NCBI GenBank assembly: GCA_016712285.1
Contig: JADJRK010000001.1
Coordinates: 897,098 to 961,097 of the forward strand
Reading direction: 5' to 3'
Source of the DNA: Planctomycetota bacterium
GTDB lineage: Bacteria > Planctomycetota > UBA8742 > UBA2392
Length of the DNA: 64,000 bases
Shown here: positions 9,026 to 16,492 of the stretch, piece by piece
Layout: every line of letters begins with the position of its first letter
How positions within the stretch are numbered: position 1 is the stretch's first letter
Notes under the pieces: model-generated
Databases searched by the model: none
The model's input: only the letters and a program-made list of their open reading frames with translations
Told to the model about the DNA's origin: nothing
Program-made: the position numbers and the translations under genes

Positions 9026-9046
9026 TCACAGGGCAAGGAGACAGCC

Positions 9047-10132
9047 ATGGCACGCAAAGGAAGTCGATCAGACCTTATCACCGGTGCGTTCGCGCTGCTG
9101 GTCATCGTGAGCACGATTGCGGTGGTGGCGTTCCTGCAGGACATCAGCCCCAGCGTTCAGGGCGTGCCCTACACGGTGACCTTTGAAGACGTCGGCGGCC
9201 TGGGCAGCAACGCGCCCATCATTGTCGCCGGCCAGCGCGTCGGGAAAGTAACGTCGATCGCCACGCTGCCCGTGGTGTCGGCTGACGGCGGCCGCAAGGT
9301 CGAAGTCGAGGTCGGCTTCGTGATTGCCGAGGAATACGCCGAGACGGTGAGTATTCCCGTCGACAGCGTCGCCCACGTGCAGATGGGCAGCATCTTCGGT
9401 TTCGGCGGCAACCAGATTGTGCTGAAGCTGGGCTCAGCCCGCGAGACCGTCGCCGCGGGCCAGCGCCTGCCCATGAAGGGGCAGCCGCCCGTCAACCTGA
9501 ACGAGGTGATGGACGACGCCGCCGCCACCGTGAAGAAACTTCAAAGCGGCATCGACAAGCTGGCAACCGTGCTCGATGACGAACAGTTCAGCAAGAACAT
9601 CCAGGACTCGCTAACCTACCTGAAGTCGGCTCTCGAGACGCTGGACCAGGGCCTCAAGACCATGCAGCCGGCATTCGAGAAGATCGACCCGACGATGACC
9701 AGCATCCAGACCATCGCCAAAGATCTCGAGGCGCTGATCAAGAGCAACAACCAGGCCATCACGGACACGCTGGCCAGTTTCAAGAACGCATCGGGCAACC
9801 TGGAAAAGATGCTTGAAGACAAAGGCGCGGTGCCGCAGCTGGTGGCGAACCTGAACGATATCGCGTCGAACCTTGACCTGCTGGTTGATAACCTGAACGA
9901 TGTGATCCTGGATAACCAGTTGAACGTACAGATCAGCATGGAAAACGTACGCGAGACAACCGAAAGCCTGCGAGTCTTCGCCCGCCGCATTGAGCGCGAC
10001 CCCAGCCTGTTGATCTGGGGCAGCAGCGCCGAGGTCGAAGACCCCAAGACCGCGCCCAAGCGCGTCACGCCGGACGTAGACGAGATGTCGATTCGCAACT
10101 CAGGCCGCCGGCCGCGCAAGGAAAGCGACTAA
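9047..10132 (+). CDS. Second MCE/MlaD-family protein (paralog)
   Basis: N-terminal TM, then FEDVGGLGSNAPIIVAGQRVGKVTSI, then a coiled-coil tail. GGAGA RBS. Confidence 0.75.
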   Translation: MARKGSRSDLITGAFALLVIVSTIAVVAFLQDISPSVQGVPYTVTFEDVGGLGSNAPIIVAGQRVGKVTSIATLPVVSADGGRKVEVEVGFVIAEEYAETVSIPVDSVAHVQMGSIFGFGGNQIVLKLGSARETVAAGQRLPMKGQPPVNLNEVMDDAAATVKKLQSGIDKLATVLDDEQFSKNIQDSLTYLKSALETLDQGLKTMQPAFEKIDPTMTSIQTIAKDLEALIKSNNQAITDTLASFKNASGNLEKMLEDKGAVPQLVANLNDIASNLDLLVDNLNDVILDNQLNVQISMENVRETTESLRVFARRIERDPSLLIWGSSAEVEDPKTAPKRVTPDVDEMSIRNSGRRPRKESD

Positions 10133-10133
10133 C

Positions 10134-11057
10134 ATGAAGGTGCAGTACCCACAACAGTTCTCTCGCTGCCTGACGCTGTTCGCGTTGCTGCTTTGCGTGA
10201 TCACGCTGGCTTCGTGCGCGCGCCAGCGCCTGACTGCCTTTGAGCAGGGCGCCGAGTTCATGGATTATGGCGACTACCCGCGCGCCATCGAGAAGTTCAA
10301 GGATATTGAACGCCGCGAGGGCGGCTCGCTTGCAGTGTGTTACAACCTCGGCGTCTGCTACCAGGACATGAAAGACTGGGAGCAGGCGGTACTGTGGTAC
10401 GAAAAGGCGCTCGAGTACGACCCCCGCGATGGCGACACACTCGTGAACCTCGGGCTGGTCTACCTTGAACAGGGCCGCGACGTGGCTGCGCTCGCGCGAC
10501 TGAAGCAAGCCGCCGACGTCGAGAAAGACCGCGCTTACCCGCTGGTGGCGATGGCGCTGTATCACCAGCGGCGCGGCGAAAAAGACAAGGCGATGGAGCT
10601 GTACAAGCAGGCCTCCAAGCGCGAAGAGAAGTCGGGTTATCTGTGGTACCACTGGGCCACGCTGTACGAAACGATTGAGCAGAACCAGGGACAGGCCGCG
10701 GAGGCCTATGAGCGCTCGATTGAGTACGACAGCACCAACCCCGCAGCCTTCGAGGGCGCCGCACGCGCCTACTATCGCCTGAACAACTGGCGTAAAGCTG
10801 TGCAGCATTACGACTTCGCGATTCACCTGCAGCCGGACAAACCCAAGTTGTACGTCGCGGCGGCCGACGCATTGATCAAACTGGAGCGCTATGAGCGCGC
10901 AGTGCAGTACCTGTGGAATGCCCGCGGCCTCAAGGGGGCTGACGAGAAAGACATCGCCCGGCGATTGCTCGAGATTTATCCGAAACTGACCGAGCAAGAA
11001 CGCGCGCGGCTAGACCCCGCAAGCAAAGAAAGCTCCGCCGGCGGCAACAACGAATAG
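10134..11057 (+). CDS. TPR-repeat lipoprotein, last gene of the Mla-like operon
   Basis: Lipobox LASC after a signal peptide; multiple TPR-like W/Y-rich helices (WYEKALEYDP..., LWYHWATLYE...). Confidence 0.7.
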   Translation: MKVQYPQQFSRCLTLFALLLCVITLASCARQRLTAFEQGAEFMDYGDYPRAIEKFKDIERREGGSLAVCYNLGVCYQDMKDWEQAVLWYEKALEYDPRDGDTLVNLGLVYLEQGRDVAALARLKQAADVEKDRAYPLVAMALYHQRRGEKDKAMELYKQASKREEKSGYLWYHWATLYETIEQNQGQAAEAYERSIEYDSTNPAAFEGAARAYYRLNNWRKAVQHYDFAIHLQPDKPKLYVAAADALIKLERYERAVQYLWNARGLKGADEKDIARRLLEIYPKLTEQERARLDPASKESSAGGNNE

Positions 11058-11167
11058 GCCAGCCAATCACTCCAACCGCCGCGAACTCAAGGGTTTCCGG
11101 CGGTTTGCCTTTTTCTGCCCCAAGCACCCACCAACCCCCGCACCTTTTTCGGGGGGTGCCGTGCGAC

Positions 11168-11270
11168 AGTGGCATCGCCTTTCAGGCGATGTAGTTGCAG
11201 GCGCTTCCAGCGCCTGTACGCCTCGGGCTGGAAGCCCGAGGAACGACATTGGCTGGAAGCCAATGCCACT
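11168..11270. repeat. Array of 4 consecutive perfect hairpins bounded by the inverted repeat AGTGGCAT...ATGCCACT (upstream array)
   Basis: catcgcct-ttc-aggcgatg (11173-11191); caggcgct-tcc-agcgcctg (11198-11216); cctcgggct-gga-agcccgagg (11221-11241); cattggct-gga-agccaatg (11247-11265). The stems share the frame CA-N4-CT / AG-N4-TG. Confidence 0.75.
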
Positions 11271-11338
11271 TTTCTGCGAGTTTCCGCGCCAACGTGTGTC
11301 CGCCGCTTCCTGGGTACGGAGGCTGCACAGGAGCGACC

Positions 11339-11806
11339 ATGGCCAGGTTTCAGAAAGTCGGCAACCGCAACCGCGACGACAAACGCTTTCGCGACACGCT
11401 GCGTCGCGAAGACCACTTCAAGCAGGCATACGAAGCGCTGCTGGCCGAAAGCGACATTGCGCGCATCGAAGCCGAGATCCGCGACTGCGAGCAGGTCAAG
11501 CGCATGTGGCGCAAAGAAGCCAACGCCCGCGAAAAGATCCTCGACGGCGGCGACGTAGACCGCACACGCTGGCAGGTCTCGCCCATGGCCCTGCAACGCG
11601 CCAACATGCGCCAGCAAAGCCTGATCCTGCAACGCCAGCGAGTGCAGAAACTGCTGCTGCAACAAGCGGAAGAAGCCACGCAGCAGCGCTTTCCAGATCC
11701 AGCAAAGCCCACCGAAACCAGAAAACAGGAGCCCGGAGCGCCAGCGACGGGTAACCCAGCGACCCAGGCACCAGCACCCGAAAACCACAGCAACGCACCA
11801 CCGTAA
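11339..11806 (+). CDS. Hypothetical protein. Basic/Gln-rich coiled-coil N-terminal region and Pro-rich C-terminal tail; no recognisable domain
   Basis: ATG 11339 with AGGAG at 11329-11333. 155 aa, MARFQKVGNRNRDDKRFRDTLRRE...LILQRQRVQKLLLQQAEEATQQRF...PATQAPAPENHSNAPP. Third-position GC is typical of the genome. Bracketed by the two hairpin arrays. Confidence 0.6.
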   Translation: MARFQKVGNRNRDDKRFRDTLRREDHFKQAYEALLAESDIARIEAEIRDCEQVKRMWRKEANAREKILDGGDVDRTRWQVSPMALQRANMRQQSLILQRQRVQKLLLQQAEEATQQRFPDPAKPTETRKQEPGAPATGNPATQAPAPENHSNAPP

Positions 11807-11817
11807 ACACAGCAAGA

Positions 11818-11951
11818 AGTGGCATTGGCTTCCAGCCAATGTAGTCGCAGGCGCTTCCCGCCTTCGCTAAAGCTTCGGCGGGCATGCCAGCGCCTGCACG
11901 CCACGGGCAAGGATGCCCGTGAAACTCCATCGCCTGGAAGGCGATGCTACT
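11818..11951. repeat. Second 4-hairpin array with the same bounding repeat (AGTGGCAT...ATGCTACT). Hairpin 2 carries a 33 nt insertion that contains its own 6 bp stem
   Basis: cattggct-tcc-agccaatg (11823-11841); caggcgct-tcc...agcgcctg (11848-11896, nested cccgcc/ggcggg); cacgggca-agga-tgcccgtg (11902-11921); catcgcct-gga-aggcgatg (11928-11946). Stems 1 and 4 are exchanged relative to the upstream array with compensatory pair changes (C-G to T-A, C-G to G-C). Confidence 0.75.
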
Positions 11952-11964
11952 CGCGAGGGCCAGC

Positions 11965-12846
11965 ATGCTTGAGGACGCTGAATTCCTGCCGGCGGATTCT
12001 TACCCCGCGGACGAACGGCCGCCGCTGGGTGAGTCCGGCGACTTTGCCGACCCCGACGGCACGCGTTGGTCCACCAACGAAGAATTGATCGAGGGCCGCA
12101 CCCGCGACGGCCGCCTGGCGCGGCTGCGCTCGCACCTGCTGTACATGCCATGGGAAAAGCCCATTCCCGGCGGGCCCGACACCGCGGACGACAAGCTGCG
12201 CGCGCCGCTGGCCGAGCTGATCTTTCAAGCCGACCTCGAAGCGCTGCAATCGCTGCGCATGGTCGAGTCCTTTCACCTCGACATGGTGACGATGGCAAGC
12301 GGCGTGCTGCGCGGCGGCGAGCCGCCCGGAGGCATGCGCACGGACCAGGTGCTGCGGCTTGGCCAGTACAGCGCGCGCGAAGTGCCTAAGGTGGCGATGA
12401 TGCGGCGCGCGTTGATGCAGGAAAGCGCCAAGCGCGCGTGCGAGAAAGACATTCGCGACGCGTTCATGTGGGACCGCGCGCACGCCGTGGTCGCCAACAC
12501 GCTGCTGGCGATGGACAAGCAGTTTACCGAAGTCGGGTTCGGAAGCTGGATGCCGTTCCGCTTCCCGGACCAATGGCTGATGTTCTGCGGCGTGATGCGC
12601 CGCGTGCTGGCTGCCAACGGGCTCATTCATGCCAAGAACCCGGATGTGTACCGCCGGCTGCTGGAGGAAACGCCGTTTGTGAAAGCCGAAGAAGACGAGG
12701 GCGTGCGCGGCAAGCTGAAGCTGCCGCACAACTGGAGCAGCCTGTGGACCAACCGCGGCGCGCAAAGCATGCAGGAGCTGTACGAGCGCATGAGCGTGGA
12801 GATCTACAACAAACTGCCACAGCAGAAGCGGCAGTGGGAACAGTAG
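11965..12846 (+). CDS. Hypothetical protein, no recognisable domain. The start is ambiguous: ATG 11944 lies inside the last hairpin, and ATG 11965 has GAGGG 8 nt upstream
   Basis: About 293 aa, ...MLEDAEFLPADSYPADERPPLGESGDF...WMPFRFPDQWLMFCGVMRRVLAANGL.... GC3 is high on the + strand. The - strand antisense ORF 11947..12873 is Arg/Ala/His-rich, artefact-like. Confidence 0.55.
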   Translation: MLEDAEFLPADSYPADERPPLGESGDFADPDGTRWSTNEELIEGRTRDGRLARLRSHLLYMPWEKPIPGGPDTADDKLRAPLAELIFQADLEALQSLRMVESFHLDMVTMASGVLRGGEPPGGMRTDQVLRLGQYSAREVPKVAMMRRALMQESAKRACEKDIRDAFMWDRAHAVVANTLLAMDKQFTEVGFGSWMPFRFPDQWLMFCGVMRRVLAANGLIHAKNPDVYRRLLEETPFVKAEEDEGVRGKLKLPHNWSSLWTNRGAQSMQELYERMSVEIYNKLPQQKRQWEQ

Positions 12847-12867
12847 CGGCGGTGATCCACGAAGGGC

Positions 12868-13210
12868 CACCAAGAACCACTAAGCACTGCAACGGCGGAA
12901 CTACAGCCTCACGCCAAGGCGCCAAGAACTGCAAAGGCAACTGCTGTCTCACGCAGAGGCGCGGAGACGCGGAGAACTGCCACGGCAACTGACTGCTTGT
13001 TGCACACAAAGGCACAAAGGCACAAAGAACTGCAACGGCAACTACCATTCGTGGATTATGGCAGTACCAAAGAACCCGCAAAGCGGTTCTCCGCGCCTCT
13101 GCGCCTCTGCGAGAAACAAAGCAGTTCTTAGTGCCTTAGTGTCTTTGTGTGAGACCAGCAGTGAATCCGTAAAGCAGTTCTTGGCGCCTTAGCGCCTTGG
13201 CGTGAGGTAC
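12868..13210. repeat. Third cluster of the octamer-duplication repeat family. Four + orientation units are followed by three - orientation units, in a convergent-terminator position
   Basis: ctcacgccaaggcgccaagaactgcaaaggcaactg; ctcacgcagaggcgcggagacgcggagaactgccacggcaactg; cacacaaaggcacaaaggcacaaagaactgcaacggcaact. Then the reverse complements of ctcgcagaggcgcagaggcgcggagaaccgc, ctcacacaaagacactaaggcactaagaactgc and ctcacgccaaggcgctaaggcgccaagaactgc. Confidence 0.7.
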
Positions 13211-13238
13211 GCCGTTGCAACAAGCAGCAGGGAACCGC

Positions 13239-14348
13239 TCAGTTTCCGGTGCCGGAGTGCATGCCGCGCAGCAGGGGCATCAGGTCGAGGCTTGCGCCTG
13301 CGTTGCCCGTCAGCGATGCGCCCGCCGGCTGATAATTGAACGTATCGAGCACCCAGCCATTGCGGATGCGTGTCAGCCCGAGCGTTGCCCGCGCCTCGCC
13401 GGTTTCCACCAGGTACGAAAACTGCGCCGTCACGCGCTTTGTTGCCGCCGGCAGCCAGGTCAATTCGGCGCAGCCGCGTGAAAGGCCATTCAGCACCGAG
13501 CGCAAAAACGCGCCATCGTACGCCGATGGTTGCTCGGCGCGGCCTTCGGCAAGCATGCCCGGCGGCAACGGCCCTTGACCGTGCACGCCGGCCCGCAGTG
13601 TGTCGATCACCTGCAACACCGGCGAGTTCTTGCCCGCCGAAAGCAGGTCAATCAAGACAATGCTGCACATGTAGCCATCGTGCGCTTCCGTCGGGCCGCG
13701 GAACGAAGTGCCGCCCGGCCGCACCACCGTGCTGCGCTGGTGCGGGCCCAGTAGGCTCTCGCTCAGGGCAACGTGGATGTCGCCGGGATCGTCAAGCTCG
13801 AACAGCCAATAGGCCGCCAGGTAGTCAGAGCGCCGCTCACTCGTGCCCGGCGAAAAGTGTCGCCACGCCGCGCGCAGCAGTGCGGCATCGTCCGAGTCTT
13901 CATGGGTATCGGCCAGCAATGCGGCAAACTGCTCAATCGTGGAAGGCGACGCGCGCGCACCCATGGAATAGGGACTTGAAGGCATGGAGTATACGCCGAA
14001 CTCGTGAAACAACTGTCGGCCCGGCCGCGACGCAGCGGGCTCGGCATTGGCCCACGCGGAATCCGCGGTGCGCGTGTCAGACGGCCAGGCGCTGGTCACT
14101 GCATCGACAAGCTCGCGGCCTGAGCGCGCCTCTTGCCAGGGCTCGCGCAGCTCTTTTTCAAGGCGTGCCACGGTGTCAGCCACGGCTAGCGCGGCGGGGC
14201 GGCTTGCGCGCAGGTCTTCCAGCGTGACGGGCGTGCCGTCATAGCGCTGGATCGCAGTGTCTGTGGGCTCTGGCGGCGCGTCGATTGCAACGCCACGGCT
14301 GCAACCAGCCGCGACCAGCAAGAGGAGGGGCAATGAGCGCCAATTCAT
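13239..14348 (-). CDS. Hypothetical lipoprotein
   Basis: Signal peptide plus lipobox (LLLLVAAGCS). 369 aa, no recognisable domain. Confidence 0.6.
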   Translation of the reverse strand: MNWRSLPLLLLVAAGCSRGVAIDAPPEPTDTAIQRYDGTPVTLEDLRASRPAALAVADTVARLEKELREPWQEARSGRELVDAVTSAWPSDTRTADSAWANAEPAASRPGRQLFHEFGVYSMPSSPYSMGARASPSTIEQFAALLADTHEDSDDAALLRAAWRHFSPGTSERRSDYLAAYWLFELDDPGDIHVALSESLLGPHQRSTVVRPGGTSFRGPTEAHDGYMCSIVLIDLLSAGKNSPVLQVIDTLRAGVHGQGPLPPGMLAEGRAEQPSAYDGAFLRSVLNGLSRGCAELTWLPAATKRVTAQFSYLVETGEARATLGLTRIRNGWVLDTFNYQPAGASLTGNAGASLDLMPLLRGMHSGTGN

Positions 14349-14439
14349 GGCGGCATTCTATCGACAACCGCGGCGGCCTGCTAAGCGCGAATCGTCACGA
14401 AGCGGCGAACTTTCCGGGCCTAATCCAGCCGGTCAGAGT

Positions 14440-15456
14440 TCACTTCTTGTCTTCGGGGTTGACGTCCAGCACCTTCAGCGTGTCAGTCGCCCGTTTGTGG
14501 TCGAACTCGCTGCCCCGGAACACGAGTTTGCGGTCGCGCTCAAAGCCGCCAATCTGGATGCTGCCGGCCTTGATGCCGGGCTCAAACATCTCGCGCAGCG
14601 TGGCCGCGGCTTGTGCGGGCGTCAGGTAGATCAGCTTGATGGTGCGGGTAACCTCGGCAAACTCCGGGCGCTCTTCGTGCCGGTCCAGCATGCGCACGCG
14701 CTCGGTGATGCGGTCAAGCTCGTCGCGGCGGCCGCTCATCAACAGCACGTTTGCGGTTTCATGCACGGCAGCTTTCCAGCTTTCGCCGGGTTCACGCAGC
14801 CGCTCGAGCGCCGCCAACGCGCGCTCCGAGGGCACGACGCGCAGCGAGTAGTCGCGCACCACCAGGTCGTCGTCGCGCTCGCCGGCGACATCGGCAGCAG
14901 CGGCGACTTCCCACGCAGCCAGCAGGCGCTCGCGGTAGTCGGTCACGACCAGGGTGTGCGTGGCGCTGAACACTTCGACCGACCCGACGCCGTCGGTAAG
15001 GCGGGGCTTGATGCGCTCGGCAACTTCAGCGGCAGAGGCGCGGCGCAAGCGGATGCTCAGGGCCGCGAACAGCGGCTTGATGTCGTCGGGGTGTTCAAAC
15101 AGCGGCGCGCTTTGGGCAGCACCTGCCGCGTCGTAAAGCTGATAGGTGGGGCCGGGCATGCCGCCAACTTCAAAGGGCACAAGCCCGCAGCGCCGCAGCA
15201 ATTCAAACAGCAGCAGCGTCTTCTCGGCACGCGACGCGGGCTCAAGGTGCGTGGCTGTAATCCGGCGCGGCTGGCCGGTGGCGTCGCGCAGCACTTCGGC
15301 TTCATAGATGAACCCGCACCCGATCGACTTCTGGGCCCACATCAGCACGTCGGTGATCGGCGCGTTGTCGAACTCGGGCTTGGGCGGTTGTTCCTGCGCC
15401 GTGGCCGGAACCAGCAATGCCAGCAGCAGTACTAAAGGAAGGAGTATTCGTTTCAT
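14440..15456 (-). CDS. Secreted protein with an N-terminal STN-like domain and secretin-N (GspD/PilQ N-domain)-like repeats. It lacks a secretin pore domain
   Basis: Start moved to ATG 15456 (MKRILLPLVLLLALLVPATAQ signal peptide; ATGA overlap with the upstream EamA gene). PITDVLMWAQKSIGCGFIY resembles an STN domain. The repeated LxLxYxxA-like segments (TIKLIYLTPAQAAATLREMF) resemble secretin N-domains. Confidence 0.5.
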   Translation of the reverse strand: MKRILLPLVLLLALLVPATAQEQPPKPEFDNAPITDVLMWAQKSIGCGFIYEAEVLRDATGQPRRITATHLEPASRAEKTLLLFELLRRCGLVPFEVGGMPGPTYQLYDAAGAAQSAPLFEHPDDIKPLFAALSIRLRRASAAEVAERIKPRLTDGVGSVEVFSATHTLVVTDYRERLLAAWEVAAAADVAGERDDDLVVRDYSLRVVPSERALAALERLREPGESWKAAVHETANVLLMSGRRDELDRITERVRMLDRHEERPEFAEVTRTIKLIYLTPAQAAATLREMFEPGIKAGSIQIGGFERDRKLVFRGSEFDHKRATDTLKVLDVNPEDKK

Positions 15457-16358
15457 GCCAACACCTCCAGCGGCTTTGGCCGCCGCTTCCATATGCCGAA
15501 CACCACGCCCAGCAACAGCAGCGAACCGCCGATCAGCTGCAACGTGGTCAACGTGCTGTCCCGGAACACCGCATATTCGTTGCGCAGCAGATACATGATC
15601 ACCAGTGACAGGATGGGCTCGCCCAGAATCGTCAGGTTGACGTAAAAGACCGGCACGTACTTGACCACATAGTGAAACAGCGAATGACCCACCAGCGTTG
15701 GGATTAGTACGGCCAATCCCAGCCACATCCATTGCTCGTTGGTGTAGCCCCACAGCCTGTTTCCGGTCGCCAAGGCAATCGACAGGCAAGTGAGCCCGCC
15801 GACCCAGTACAGCACAGCCAGGTAGCCCAGCAGCGACATGCGGGGCCGCAGCCGTCGCCCGGCACTGTAACTGAGCACAATGGCGAGGCCGCAGGCCAGC
15901 ACCAGCGCGTCGCCGACGAGGTGTGAGGCCTCAAACGTGTAGTCATGCCACACGAAGATGGTAAGGCCGGCGATGGCAATGGCCGACGCCAGCAGCATGC
16001 GGCGGGTCAGTTCTTCTTTCAGCCAGATGGCGCCAATGCCGGCTGCCATCAGGGGTTGCACGCCCAGCAGCACCACGACGCTTTCTTTGCTGGTGTGCGA
16101 GAACGCCAGGTTGAAGAGGCCGAAGTGCAGGCCGTACATGACGCCCGAGGCAAGCAGCCACAGGCACTCGCGCCCTTTAAGCTGCTTGAGGTCGCGGGCA
16201 AGCGGCCCCGCCGCAAACGGTAGCAGGATCAGCCCGACGGCAAGCAGCCGCCAGGCCGCGAGGGCAAAGGGCTGCACGCCCGCCAGCAGAATCAGCGGTG
16301 GCGCGGTCGAGACCGCCAGCGTGCCAATGAGAAGTGCCAGTGCCGGAAGGCGGCCCAT
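15453..16358 (-). CDS. EamA/DMT-family transporter. The start is uncertain (ATG 16358, or the upstream TTG at 16391)
   Basis: About 10 TM helices with two EamA-like halves; C-terminal ...LRNEYAVFRDS.... Confidence 0.7.
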   Translation of the reverse strand: MGRLPALALLIGTLAVSTAPPLILLAGVQPFALAAWRLLAVGLILLPFAAGPLARDLKQLKGRECLWLLASGVMYGLHFGLFNLAFSHTSKESVVVLLGVQPLMAAGIGAIWLKEELTRRMLLASAIAIAGLTIFVWHDYTFEASHLVGDALVLACGLAIVLSYSAGRRLRPRMSLLGYLAVLYWVGGLTCLSIALATGNRLWGYTNEQWMWLGLAVLIPTLVGHSLFHYVVKYVPVFYVNLTILGEPILSLVIMYLLRNEYAVFRDSTLTTLQLIGGSLLLLGVVFGIWKRRPKPLEVLA

Positions 16359-16492
16359 AGTGGGTGCGGATGTTCGGAGATTCAGGGACAAACCGCAATG
16401 ACCGCGAAGTCACACGCTGCCGAAGATTCCAATTGCCCCTGTTCTATGGCCCCGCTGAAACACTAAACTGCGGGCCCGCAACTGAGGTGCGC

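Noticed and set aside
11168-11951. IS200/IS605-like or integron-cassette interpretation of the hairpin-bracketed gene
   Set aside because: This is kept only as an analogy. The enclosed ORF has no HUH/Y1 transposase, integrase or RT motifs. No target-site tetranucleotide duplication is obvious. The window has no other transposase.
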